Source: Mobula hypostoma
Lineage: Eukaryota
DNA length: 64,000 bases
Reading direction: 5' to 3'
NCBI RefSeq assembly: GCF_963921235.1
Contig: NC_086097.1
Span: forward strand, 23,252,001-23,316,000
In this document: positions 37,449 to 50,454 of the stretch, piece by piece
Layout of the letters: each line of letters starts with the position of its first letter
Position numbering within the stretch: the stretch's first letter is position 1
Translations under genes and position numbers: made by a program
The notes under the pieces: generated by a model
The model's database searches: none
Told to the model about the DNA's origin: nothing
Seen by the model: the letters and a program-made list of their open reading frames with translations, nothing else

Positions 37449-38260
37449 AGAATCAGAATCAGGTTTAATATCACTTACCTACTGTATGTTGTGAAATGTT
37501 ACAGTAGCAATATAGTGCAATACATAAAATACTATAAATTATAATCAGAATATGATTATGAAGACACGCAGTCCTCTTTTATTGTCATTTAGTAATGCAT
37601 GCATTAAGACATGATACCATATTTCCTCTGGTGTGATATCACAAAACACAGGACAGACCAAGACTGAAAAAACTGTCAAAACCACATAATTATAACATAT
37701 AGTTACAACAGTGCAACAATACCATAACTTGATGAAGAAGTCCGTGAGCACAGTAAAGTTCAAAGTTTCTCAAATGTCCCACATCTCACGCAGACGGGAG
37801 AAGGAAGAAAAACTCTCCCTGCCATGCCGACCACAATCCGACTCTGAGTCATCCGAAAACTTCGAGCTCTGATCAGTTCTCCGACACCGAGTACTGAGCG
37901 TCATCTCTGTCCGAACAATTCGACCTCCTTCTCGGTCGCCAAAAGCAGGCAAGGCCGGGGATTTTGAGGCCTACCCTCTGAAAGATTCCCGACCATGCAA
38001 TAGTGACAGCAGTGAACGAGTATTTCAGAAATTTCTCCAGATGTTCCTCTGTGCTTTTACGTCCATTCTCCATCAAATCAGAACATATAAAAAGAGATAA
38101 ATTAGTGCAAAAAGAGAGCAAAAATAATGCAGTAATATTCATGGTTCATTCTCCATTCAGAAATCTGATGGCAGCAGGGAAGAAGCTATTCCTAAAATGT
38201 TGAGTGTGTGTGTGTCTTCAGGCTCCTGTACATCCTCGCTGATGGTAGCAATGAGTAGAG
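37449..38260 (-). mobile_element. Rex1-type 3' fragment with a CpG-rich insert of about 520 bp (37554-38075)
   Basis: flanks match 24112-24396; aatcagaaYat repeated at 37543 and 38076. Confidence 0.6.
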
Positions 38261-38413
38261 CTCTCAATCATCAACCATTTCGAAACGGAATACTTTGAGA
38301 ATGAGTTCCTTTGCAAATAAGTTGCACTTCATCCATTTTTAGTACACCAAATGATTATGCATGTAGTCCTAATGTCTGTTTTGGGAGCCCAAAAACTACA
38401 GGCATTCAATTTA

Positions 38414-38555
38414 CACAAAATGCTGGTGAAGGTCTTGGTCCAAAACATCGACTGTTTATTCCCCTCTCTAGATGCTGCCTGACTTTCTGAGTTCCTCTAG
38501 TGTTTTGTGCATGGCACTCAATATTTCCTGCATCCTCAGAATCTCTTGTGTTTAA
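38414..38555 (+). mobile_element. 142-bp Penelope pLTR-derived insert
   Basis: 12-bp TSD gcattcaattta (38402-38413, 38556-38567); degenerate hammerhead-like motif 38423-38454. Confidence 0.75.
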
Positions 38556-39719
38556 GCATTCAATTTATATAGTTTTGCTATTATGCCATTGACTCTTTGA
38601 TTTACAAATCCATTCTTACATAAAGTTTTGCATGCAACTCAGTGATTATGGGAATATACTGTACTGAAATATCCATGGTGCAATTCATTTAGTATAGCTG
38701 ATTAACACCGCTACACGTTAATTTGCCCCTCCCCAGCCACTACTTCATCATTTCCAGTCAAGTCGTCTGAAGTACACACTCCTGTGCCCAGCATCACTTT
38801 ATGGACAAATGAGTAATCTATGCATACAAGCTATTGTATGTATTTATATTTATTCTGATTTTTTTATTATTGTATTTTTTATCTTATTGGGTTTTTTGTG
38901 CTGCATCGGAATCTGGAGAAACAATTATTTTGTTTCCCTTTATACTTGTGTGCTGGAAATGACATTGAACAATCTTGAATCTTTTCAGTTTACAAATGCT
39001 TTCCTGGAACATAACCTTCCCCAAAATCAAGAATTATTGCCTTGCTGTGTTTGTGAAATCTATCTTTTAAAAAGTCATTTGTTAGAAATGTTTAGATTGA
39101 TTTTTTTCCCCTTTGTTAAAGCATTGTGATTCCCAACAGCTGAACTATGCGATGCTTACACCTAGAATATCGTTCCCTAACTGACAAGTGGGAAGTGAGT
39201 CAATGTCTTAGACTAAACTCCCTCTAGGAGTCACAGCACAGGAGCATAGAAAGAGTTCCAGTGCAAAGGGATGGTGATGGGAGACGTTTGCCTTTAGCAT
39301 CTGAGATTGCATGCCTCCATCCTTTGGTAATCATGTACTTGAATGAATTGTTTTGCCACATGTGGCCCTGAGGCACTGTCAGGCATAGCTCATAATTTCA
39401 ACAGAGATAACTGCATTGATTTCTATAGAGAAAAGCTCTTGCAGGTGCTCTGACGCACAGAAATAAGCAGAGTGGTGAACAGTCAGGACGGCACATTCAA
39501 AGAGCAAAATACCTTTGTTCCAGGAAGAATATTTAAACTCAGGTACATTTGGTGACCTGATACGGAATTTGTTCCCTACTGTGACCAGCAAGAAAAAAAC
39601 CAGGTCAGAAGTTGCACCTTATTGGTCTTAGTTCTCCTTAGGCTGAAATAAATGAAATAAAAAAAAATGAGGCACATAGTTACGATGCCATCAGAGGGAG
39701 AAGCACCAGGAAAATATCA

Positions 39720-40210
39720 TGTTTCAAATGTTGAAAGGCCTGGATAGAATGGACATGGAGAGGATGTTTCCAATAGTGGACACAGCCTCAGAATTGTTTT
39801 AGAGCAGAGGTGAGGAGGAATTTCTTTAGCCAGAGTGTGGTGAATCTGCGGAATTCAATGCCACATATGACTGTGTCATTGGGTATATTTAAAGCGGAGG
39901 TTGATAGGTTTTTCATTAGTAAGCTTGTCAAAGGTTACGGGGAGAAGGCAGGAGAATGGGGTTGTGAGGGAATATAAATCATCCACCATTGAATGGGGGA
40001 GCAGACTCAATGGGCCAAACGGCTCACTCCACCTCATTTCTGTTCTAAATGGATGTCCTTCCGTTCTGAGGCTGTGCCCTCTAGTTCTAGATTCTGGAAA
40101 CATACTCCCCACCTTCACTATATCTAGGCCTTCCAATATTCGGTAGGTTTCAATGGGATCCTCCCTCCAATCATTTTTCTAAACACTAGTGAGTACAAGC
40201 CCACAGCCAC
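39720..40210. mobile_element. Two CR1 3' fragments joined tail-to-tail near 40025
   Basis: plus-strand CR1 3' end, then minus-strand SMFPESRTRGHSLR. Confidence 0.8.
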
Positions 40211-40326
40211 CTGATCTAAGTCTAGCTCTGTTACCAGTCAGATGAAAATCTTTCCAGCTTTTTTTCTTTTTATTTAGATATTACAGGAGAGAAACTTTTA
40301 GTATTAGCCACTTATTATGCTACTTT

Positions 40327-40341
40327 GGTGACATCTAGTGG
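40327..40341 (-). promoter_or_regulatory. Candidate CTCF-binding motif
   Basis: minus strand CCACTAGATGTCACC in apparently unique DNA; motif match only. Confidence 0.35.
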
Positions 40342-40671
40342 AATATAGAAAGGTGGAAGGGAAAAGGAACACCAAGCAATCAAAAAGCCTTATCAACCTC
40401 TGTAAATTTTGAAAAAAATTAGCTTCACCTGCTCAGCCTGATTCCTTCACACTGCGCTGAGCCCCCAATTGATTTTTCTCATGTAAATACCAGATAAAAA
40501 CAAATTGAAATAGGTTTTCAGTGGAGCCTGCCAAACAAATTGCATTTTCAGTACTTCCAGTGTTTGTAAAGCAAGTACCCTGCCTGCTTCAAGTACCTTG
40601 TGTTTTATAGTTTCATAGTTGCTGCAGAATTTTTAATTTGTTTTACTGTAACTTGGAAGAAAAAAATGCAA

Positions 40672-41115
40672 ATGTCAACGTTTCGGGCCAAAACCCTTCG
40701 GTAGGACTGCAGAAAATGAGCTGAGGAGTAAATTTGAAAGGTTGGGGAGAGGGGAGAGAGAAATGTCAGGCAATACTTGAAACTTGGAGGGGGAGGGATG
40801 AAGCAAAGAGTTAGGAAGTCGATTGGTGAAAGAGACAGAGGCCATGGAAGAAAGAAAAAAAGGGGGGGGGGAGTGCACCAGAGGGAGGCAATGGGTAGGC
40901 AAGGAGATAACATAAGAGCAGGACAAGGGGATGGGAAATGGTGAAGGGGGTGAGGAGGCATTACTGGAAGTTTGAGAAATCACTGTTCATGCCATCAGGT
41001 TAGAGGCTCGCCAAACAGATTATAACGTGTTGTTCCTTCAACCTAAGTGTGGCCTCATCATGACAGTGGAGGAGCCATGGATGGACATATCGGAATGGGA
41101 ATGGGAAGTGGAATT
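40672..41115 (-). mobile_element. Penelope 3' fragment (GIY-YIG end and pLTR with hammerhead-like motif)
   Basis: aligns with 63103-63515. Confidence 0.85.
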
Positions 41116-41204
41116 AGGTAAAGGTAAAGGAACCATTAGGAGGCAGTGATCTCAATATGATTGAGTTCAACTTGAAATTTGATAGGGAGAATGGGTGGCC
41201 ACTG

Positions 41205-41668
41205 GGATCCCCTACAATTTTTCTTTCATCTATGTTCCAGTCTAAGAATTCCTTAAATGCCTGAATGTATCTGCCTCTCTCACCACCACTGCCAGGGCAT
41301 TTCATGCATTCACCATCTCTGTATAAAAACCCTACCTGACATCCACCCTTATACTTTCCACCAATCACCCAAACTTCTCGTTTTAGCCATTGCCGCTCTG
41401 GGAAAAAGGTCTCTGGCTGTATACTCTATCTATGCCTCTTATCATTTTATACTCCTCCATCAGGTCATCTCTTATTCCCTTTTGCTCCAAAGAGAAGGAG
41501 GCTTGTTCAACCTCTCCTCATAAGAGATGCTCTTTAATCCAGGCAGCGTCTGGTAAATCTCCTCTGCACCCTTTCTACAACGTCCATATCCCTTCCCATA
41601 ATGAGGTGATGAGAACTGAACACAATACATCAAGTGTAGTTTAACCAGAGTTTTGTAGAACTACAGCT
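41205..41668 (-). mobile_element. CR1 3' fragment
   Basis: reverse complement similar to 19060-19215 and CR1 3' ends. Confidence 0.75.
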
Positions 41669-41847
41669 TCACAGATGATGGAATTCTCAACAATCCGATA
41701 TTGTCAGAGTATATTTCTGAGAAGGACTGCAGCAGTTCAAGAAGGTATCTTATGAGCACCTTCAGAAGGACAATATGGTAAAGGCAAAAATGTTTGCATT
41801 GCCTGTGACGCTAAACTTCCACTGAATGATTATATCAGTATATCGAA

Positions 41848-44809
41848 AGGGATGGATTGCACCTGAACCTGAGGGAGCCCAATATTCTCGGGAGGCAGGT
41901 TTGTTAGAGCCGTTGCGGAGGGTTTCAACTAATTTGGCGGGGGGGGGGGGGCGGGTGTTACCAGAGTGAAGGAAGTCAGAATAGGGCAGGTGGTAAAAAA
42001 ACAATGATAGCATGCAGTCAGACTGTCAGGAAGGGCAGGCAGATGACAGGACATAATTGCAGCCAGCAGGGTGAGTATCAGTGCTTTAGGGATGCAGAGT
42101 CAAAATGCATAACAAATGCACCATGCAAAGTGCCGTATCTCAATTCCCAGAGTACAAGATATAAGGTGGATGATCTTGTTGCATTATTACAGATTGTCAG
42201 CTATGACGTTGTGGCCATCACTGAATCAAGGCTGAAGGATGGTTGTAGTTAAGAGCTGAATGTCCAAGGTTACACATTGAATCAGAGGGATAGGAAGGTT
42301 GACAAAGGGGGTGACATGGCTCTGTTGGTAAAGAATGGCATCAAATCAGTAGAAATATTTAACATAGGATTAGAAGATGTTGATTCCCTATGGGTTGAGT
42401 TACAAAACTGCAAGGGTAAAAGGATCCTGATGGCATTTATGTACAGGCCTCCCAACAGTAGCTGGGATGTGGACCACAGATTACAACAGGAAATAGAAAA
42501 GGTGTGTAAAAAAAGGGCAATGTTATGATAGTCATGGGAGATTTCAACATGCAGATCAATTGGAAAAATCAGGTTGGAAATGGATCTCAAGAGAGTGAGT
42601 TTGTTGAATGCTTACAAGATGGCTTTTTAGAGCAGTTTGTTGTTGAGCCTACGAGGATATCAGTGATACTGGACCTGGTATTAGGTAATAAACTGGAGGT
42701 GATTGGTGAGTTTAAGGTAAAGAAACTATTAGGAGGCAGTGATCTCAATATGATTGAGTTCAACTTGAAATTTGATAGGGAGAAAGTAAAGTCTGGCATA
42801 GCAGTATTTCAGTGGAGTAAAGGAAATTACAGTCGTATGAGAGAAGGGTTGGCCAAAGTAAGTTGGAAGGAGATGTTGGCAGGGATGACAGCAGAGCAGC
42901 AATGGCTTGAGTTTCTGGAAAAAATGAGGAAAGTGCAGGATAGATGTATTCTAAAAACAAAGAAATACTCAAATGGCAAATGTCACAACCGTGACTGACA
43001 AGGGAAATCAAAGCTAATGTAAAAGAAAAAGAGAGGGCAACAAAGCAAAAATTAGCAGGAAGAGAGGCAATTGGGGAGCTTTTAAAACCTACAGAAAGTA
43101 ACTAAAAGAATAATTAGGAGGGAAAAGATGAAATATGAAAGCAAGCTAGCAAACAATATCAAAGTGGATAGAAAAAGCATTTTCAAGCATATAAAAAATA
43201 AAAGAGAGATGAGAATGGATATGGAACCACCAGAAAATGAAGCCAAAATGAACTAACTGAGTATTTTGCAGCAATTTTCACAATGGAAGACACTAGCAGT
43301 GTGCCAGGTGTTGAAGAGTGTGAGAGAAGAGAAGTGGGTGCAGCTACTATTACAAGGAAGAAGGTGCTCAAAAAGCTGAAATATCTAAAGATACATAAGC
43401 CACCCAGACCAGCTGAACTGCCCCCGAGGGTTCTGAACAAGGTAACGATAAGAGGTTTTGGAGGCATCAGTAATAATCTTTCAAGAATCACTGGACTCTG
43501 GCATGATTGCAGGAAAGGAGGGAGGCACCAGACAGGAAATCATAGACCAGTTAGCCTGATATCAGTGGTTGGGAAGATGTTGGAGTCAATTGTTAAGGAT
43601 GAGGTTATGGAGAACTTGGTGACACAAGACAAGATAGGACAAAGTCAGCATGGTTTCCTTAAGGGAACATCTTGCCTGATGAACCTGTTAGTATTCTATG
43701 AGGAGATTTATAAAGGGGATGCAGTGGATGTTGTATATTTGGATTTTCAGAAGGCCTTTGACAAGGTGCCATACATGAAACTGCTTACCAAGGTAAGAGC
43801 CCACAGGAAAGTTACTAACATGGTTGGTGTTGGAAACACTTCTTTTTATGCTTTATATCAATGATTTAGATGATGGAGTAGATGGCCTTGTTGCCAAGTT
43901 TGCAGATGATAAGAAGATTGGTCGTGGGGTAGGCTGTAGAAGGACTTGGACAGATTAGGAGATTGGGCAAGAAAGTGGCAAATGAAATACGATGTTGGAA
44001 AATGCATGGTCATGGACTTTGCTAGAAGAAATAAATGTGCAAAATATTTCCTAAATGGAGAGAAAATCCAAAAACCTGAGAGGCAAAGGGACTTGGGAAT
44101 TATTTTGCAGAACACCCTAAAGGATAACTTGCAGGCTGTATCAGTGGTGAGGAAGGCAAATTCAATGTTTGCATTAATTTCAAGAGGTCTAGAATTTAAG
44201 ATCAGGGATGTGATGCTGAGGCTTTAAAAGCACTGGTGAGCCCTCACCTTGAGTTTTGTAAGCAGTTTGGGCTCCTTATTTAAGAAAAGATGTGCTAGCA
44301 TCGGAAAGGGTTCAAAGGAGGTTCACATGGATGATTCTGGGAATTAAAAGGGTTATTCCATGATTAACTTCTGTTGGCTCTGGGTCTGTATTCGCCGAAA
44401 TTTTGAAGGATGAAGGGGATCTTGTTGAAACCTTTCGAATGTTGAAAGCCTGGACAGAGTGGATGTGGAAAAGATGTTTCCCATGGTGAGGGAGTCTAGG
44501 ACAAGAGGGTACAGCCTCAGGATAGAGGGGTGTCCATTTAAAACAGAGATGTGGAAAAATTTCTTTCGCCAGAGGGTGGTGAATTTGAGGGATTTATTAC
44601 CACAGCCAGTTGTGAAGGCCAGGTTGTTGGGTGTATTTAAGGTGGAGATTGTTAGGTTTTTGCTTGGGCATGGCATCAAAGGTTACGGGGAGAAGGCCGG
44701 GGAATGGGACTGAGAAGGGGAAAAAAAGGATCAGCCATGATTGAATTGCAGAGCAGACTTGATGGGCCAAATGGCCTAATTCTGCTCCTATGTCTTATGG
44801 TCTTATGGT
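41848..44809 (+). mobile_element. CR1 LINE: ORF1 end and most of ORF2, decayed
   Basis: DGLHLN; YDVVAITES, MYRPPNS, MGDFNM, YLDFQKAFDKVP, KFADD; (tcttatgg)n tail. Confidence 0.95.
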
Positions 44810-45269
44810 TTATCAAAGTCCCAAAGAGATCTTATTTATTTTTAAATTATGGTTATTTAAGCATTATTCACATGAATAGTTAATTCTCCTAGCATTCATG
44901 CTTACAGAAGGGAAAATAATTCATTCTCCTAGCTTTGATGTTTACAGATGGGAAAATAAAAGGATTTATGGATCGGTAGAGTCACTCAGTCAATACATTT
45001 TCTATAGATCTTATCTCCATAAAGTCAATAATTCTGGTTTCTTGTTTCGCAACACTGAACTGAGCTGTGTGTGCAACACTGGAGCAAAAGAAAATAGGAT
45101 CTGAAATTGGAGTCGGCTCATCTTCCTTGTAATTCAATATGATCATGGCTGATCCTCCCAGATCTCATCTCTCTTTGATGGTCTTAATTCCCAAATGTTT
45201 TGAATACTTTTCTACTTTTTCATAACCCCCAATTATCTAGTCTCCACAACTATTTAGGTTAGAGAATTC

Positions 45270-45770
45270 CACCATCAAGGACAGCTCCAAAAGGCAGTGC
45301 ACCAAGAAGGCGACATCCTTCATTAAGGACCCTTGCCATCCGAGACCAGCATTCTTCTCATTTCTACCATAAGGGAAATGCTACAGAAGCCTGAAGGCAT
45401 AGATTCATTGTTTTAGGAACAGCTTCTTTCTCCCTGCCATCAGATTTCTGATGGTCCATGGATCCATGAACACTGCCTGACTATTCTGCTCTCTTTTGCC
45501 CTAGTTTTTTTTTAAATTTCTTGTTGTAATGTAGAATAATTTTTATATATTGCACTGTCTTGCTGCCACAAATAGACAAAACATATGTCAGTGATGATAG
45601 AGCTGATTTTGACTCCTGAGATGCATGGCCCTCTGTGAGAGGAAGTTCCTAAGCACCCCAGTTTTAGGCATCCTGCCATGGGAGTTCATTTCAGCTATCC
45701 TAACAGCAGTCCACAACCCACCCCAAGCGGATGTGAAGCTGCACTCAATGAGCCATATTCTCAAGCAAAT
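45270..45770 (+). mobile_element. Rex1-type 3' end followed by an endonuclease fragment
   Basis: match to 2110-2340; LPWEFISAILTAVHNPPQADV. Confidence 0.7.
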
Positions 45771-46059
45771 CCTTGAAGTGCAATGCCAGTGGGGGTTTGT
45801 TTTATTTTATTTCCATGATGAAGCAAAGCTTACAAGGCTAACTTTTAGTGTCGATGAGAAAAATGATGGTGTGCTTTTGACTGGGTCTTCCTCAGCTTGT
45901 GTTGTGAAGCAGTTCCAGAGTGCTGTTGGTTTGAAGTTCCAGGATTTTGGTATCCCAGTGGTGGAGAAGTTCTACAAGATAATTCCAAAGAAAGTTTCAT
46001 TCGTGCATTTGAAATCAAAACAATTGCAAAAGTGACAGCCATATCTTTATATTACTGGT

Positions 46060-46215
46060 TATCTTACCTCTTCCTTTCCAGTCCTGATAAAGGGTCTCGA
46101 ACCCAATGCACCATCAATTCATTTTGCTTCATACATGCAGCCTGATACACTCAGCGTGTTCCTCCATATATTTTATGTGCTGCTCCAGATTTCCAGCATC
46201 TGCAGTCCCTTTGAG
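46060..46215 (+). mobile_element. Penelope pLTR fragment
   Basis: ccagtcctgataaagggtctcg...agatttccagcatctgcag. Confidence 0.7.
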
Positions 46216-48164
46216 TCCTTCAACCTACCTCATTATGATCTTGCAACTTATTGTTTATCTGTGTAATGGATATCCATGGTCCAGTGTGGAGGGAGGCTAG
46301 AGCCAGCCTTCAGTTCTTCATGTAAATTGCAAGCGATAATCAGTCTGAAGTTAAAAGGACAGCTTTTCGAACAAACAGCACTCTCTGTGGAACACAGATT
46401 GCTGGTCTATAGCACAGGGCTGGTTGCAGTGTAAGACAATGGGGTTAAGTTAGTTGGGCTTGTATCAAACCAGACAACACCAGCTAAGTTATTTAGTTCA
46501 AGGAACCTTGCAGACCAGATTGATGCTATCACATAGCACATCAAATAGCTGACCTTTTAGTAGTTGGATGTATTTGCAGCATTAATTTTGGGTGTCTGGG
46601 ATCTCTGTTCCCAGAAGCTTTGAGACCATCTGTGTGAAAAGGTATCTGAAAAAAATATCATATGTGTGTGAAGTCACCCAAGTGGAAAAAATATGTATAG
46701 ATGTTAGAAAGCAGTCAAACATGTTAGGAATGGTCAAGGAACAGCAAAAAGAATGACAGAAAAATGGGGTGATCTAGAATCCATTCCTCTGCCTTCACTT
46801 TCTTTAACAGGTGATTCATTCATTTGCAACTTGTTGATATGTCCTTTTATCTACAGGAATTGTACCTGTGTTTTGGAAATCCTTTGTGATTTACAAATCA
46901 TTTGTAATTTGGAACTCTTTTATTAGATTGAAAACCCTTGCGAGTTTTATATGTGTTTTAAGAATTGTACCTAAATGTAAATTTGCATCACTAAAATGAC
47001 TGAACTCTGCTGAAACTACTTTGTTACCTGGAAATATTTTGTCCTTGATAGGGAGGGAGGGCCCACCAGTCAAATAGTGGGTATTGGCAACTAAACCTGG
47101 CGTGGAGGATAAACAGGAAATGAACTAGCCTTTGAAGAGTAAGTAGCTACAGTACAACCTCTCTTTAGTGAGGATACCTGTAGCTTTATCAGATAAGGCT
47201 GAAGATCTTTGTTTGAATTTAGAACTTTGTGATCAGCAAACCCAATACTATTACATCTGTGCTGTACTTTCCCTGCAGATGTATGCTGCATTCTGTTACT
47301 ATTTCAGCTTGTCTTACTTTAATAAACTGTGTACTGAATTGATCAGTGAGAACAGAAAACAAGACAAGCTTTTCACTGCATCTCAGTGCTTGTGACAATA
47401 ATAAACCTGTTTTGGTGACAACCCTAATGGAGCAGAGTAGGCTGCAGTCCAGTAGAAATCTTTCCTAATTTTGGTATTGTCTGGTAATTTCCCTCAGAAA
47501 AGGCAAACAGTTGTTAGACAGAGTTATAAGAAAAGGTTCACAGTGTTTTTGCCAGATCACCATCTGTAGTGGTATTGCCCCATAGAGTGGAAAGCAAATT
47601 TACCTTTTATATGATGTATGCTATCCATGATTAGATATTGATGCTGCAATTATAAAATAAGAAGTTATTTTAACCTATTATGGAATTAGAAGAAAATAAA
47701 TCTGAAGCTAGTATATGGTAACACATACAAACTTTGATAATAAATTAATTTTGAGGTTTGAATGTTTAATTATTCCATGTTCATATTTTAACTTCATTTG
47801 GACAGGTTAAAATAAAATCAATACTAAAGGTTAGAGATTTTAAAATCCACCTCAGAAATGATGATATAAAATTGAAGAAGTAAAGCCCTAGTTAAACTTG
47901 GAAGACTGTTATCACCATGGAGTTAGAACAGGATTTATGCCAAGTCAGTTTTGTTTCTGTTAGCTGACAGCATAAGTTTTAAACGATCAATTAAATATTC
48001 AATAATTAATTACTCCAAATCAGTTGATACACACATCTGAACTAAATTTTCAAATTTTCTTTGCTGCACAGGCACTATGAAAGTATATGGTCAAAGCAAT
48101 GTGGGTACATAAGGAGTCTCTTAGATCAGCAAATGGGTGAAAGAAATTTTCATTTATTCACTGC

Positions 48165-48446
48165 TTTGTTTATTGAGATACAGCAGAGAGTAGACCCTTC
48201 TGGCTCTTCGAGCCACGCTACCCACTAATCCCCCAATTTAATCTCAGTCTAATCACAGGACAATTTACAAGGACCAATTAACCTACCAACCAGTATGCCT
48301 TTGGACTGTGGGAGGAAACCGGAGCACCCAGAGGAAACCCACGTGGTCACAGGGAGAACGTACAAACTCCTTGCAGGCAGTGGCAGGAGTTGAACCTGGG
48401 TCATCTGTGCTGTAAAACATTGTGCTAACCACTACGCTACCATGCC
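48165..48446 (-). mobile_element. V-SINE (HE1-like) with CR1-like tail, well preserved
   Basis: reverse complement aligns end to end with 23001-23273. Confidence 0.85.
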
Positions 48447-48934
48447 TATGTAGGAGGGAAGGGTTAGATTGATCATAGAGTAGGTTTAAAAGTTGAGAAA
48501 ATATAGTGGGCTAAAGGGTCTTTATTGTGTTGTACTGTCCTATATTGTATGTTCTGTGTTCCATGAATTGAAGATAGGATTACATGACTAAACCTTTCCT
48601 GAGGTCATGGCTGATCTGACTGTAATGTCCAATTTATGTTCCCATCTACCCTTAGTAACTTTTCACTCTCTTGACTATCATCAATCTGTTTTTTTTTGCT
48701 TTAAAAATAATCAAAGATTTGATATTTTATTTGCTGCAAATGCATGCCATGGAAATTACTAAGTGGTACATTACAGCTCTGAAATTAATTTTCAATGATT
48801 TTTAATTACAATGGACACAAGTCAAAGACTACATTTCCATGCTAATTATTTTTTGCTTTGGTTTAAAACTAATCTCCGTTTGCATTAATAAAATGACATC
48901 ATTTTGGCACTATTAAATACTTCGAGGAGTACCT

Positions 48935-49383
48935 TAGACTCTGTACAGAGCGGAGGGGAGATCTGATCGAGGTTTGTGAGAGGCATAGATAGAGCAGACA
49001 GACTGTATTTTTCTCCAGAGTGCATGCATTTAAGGTAAGCAGGGGTAATTTTAAAGATGTAAAGGGGGAAATTTTTTTACACGGAGAGTTGTGGCTGCCT
49101 GGAATGTGCTGACTCGGGTGGTGTAGGGGCAGATACATTAGGGAGTCTTCACAGTAACTTAGATAGTACATGAATGTGAGGAGAGTGGAAGAATAATTTA
49201 GATAGTACATGAATGTGAGGAGAGTGGAAGAATAATTTAGATAGTACATGAATGTGAGGAGAGTGGAAGAATTATTTAGGCTGAGGAATTAGTTTAGTTA
49301 GCCATTTGATTACCAATTGAAATGGTTCAGCACAATATTGTGGGCCAAAGGACCCATTCCTGTGCTGTGCAGTTCTATGTTCC
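48935..49383 (+). mobile_element. CR1 3' end containing a 39-bp x3 tandem repeat (49159-49279)
   Basis: cggaggggagatctgatcgagg; ttctatgttc tail; unit ttagatagtacatgaatgtgaggagagtggaagaataat. Confidence 0.8.
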
Positions 49384-49709
49384 ATAATGCAAAAAATATA
49401 TAATTACTTGCTGCAAGTTTTATCTTCTTTCTCCAGTGCCTGGAAGATTTTATTTTTGTGTTGTGTAGATTAATTTTAGCAGAAACTTGAAACACAACCT
49501 AATGACGATGAATTAGTATGCATTTTGTATTCTATTTCTCAATGCACACAGGAGAAAACTCTACTGCAACATTTCCTCATTTCTAGCAATGGATGCTGGA
49601 AATCTAAAACAAAAACAGTTTTGGGAATGTACAGCAGTTCAGTCAGCATCTCTGTAGGAGGAAGCTCGGTTAGTGCTTCAAGTCATGAATTGATAGAAGG
49701 CCACCAGAT

Positions 49710-50425
49710 CAAGCACAATACAGGCCTTTGGCCCATGGTGTTGTGCTGACCTTTTAACCTACTCAATAATCAGTCTAACTCCTCTCTCACATTGCCCTCT
49801 ATTTTTCTTTCATCCATGTGTCTATCAAAGAGCCTCCTAAAGCTCCCCAATGTACCTGCCTCGATCACTACCCTAGCAGTGTTCCACGCACCCACCACTC
49901 TCTGTGTAAAAAACCTACGCCCCTATACTTCCCTCCCATCACCTTGAAATTAAGGTATTAGCCTTGTTTTAGCCATTTCTGCCCTGCAAAAAGTCTCTGG
50001 CTATCCACTCTATCTATGCCTCATCATCTTGCATGCCTCTGTCAAGGCAACTCTCATCCTCCTTTGTTTCAAACATACTGTAAAAGCTTTGGCTTGCTCA
50101 ACCTATCCTCATGAGACATGATCTCTGTTCGAGGCAGTATCCTGATAAATCTCTTCTGCACCCTCTCCAAAGCATCCACATCCTTCCTTTTATGAGGGAA
50201 CCAGATCTGAACACAATACTCCAAGTGTGATCTGATTAGGGTTTTATAGAGCTGTAACATTACCTCATCACTCTTGAACTCAATCTCCCAACTAACCAAG
50301 TCCTACAAGTATGGAATCCAACACTCCATACACCTCCTTAACTACCCTATCAACTTGTGCAGCAGCTTTGAAGATCTATGGATGTGGACTTAAAGATCAT
50401 TCTGTTCCTACACACTGCCAAGAAC
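49710..50425 (-). mobile_element. CR1 3' fragment
   Basis: LYKTLIRSHLEYCVQIW...LERVQKRF. Confidence 0.88.
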
Positions 50426-50454
50426 TCTTCTTCTTAAACCCATCACTCCTCTAC

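Noticed and set aside
45625..46035. 136-aa ORF
   Set aside because: Joins a Rex1 endonuclease piece to antisense old LINE 3' sequence.
46785..47000. Plus-strand splice acceptors (ttctttaacag near 46810, tttatctacag near 46856) as a host exon
   Set aside because: No recognisable protein and no clear donor follows; cannot be excluded without RNA-seq.
49159..49279. CRISPR-like array
   Set aside because: Contiguous identical units with no spacers, no cas genes, eukaryotic context.
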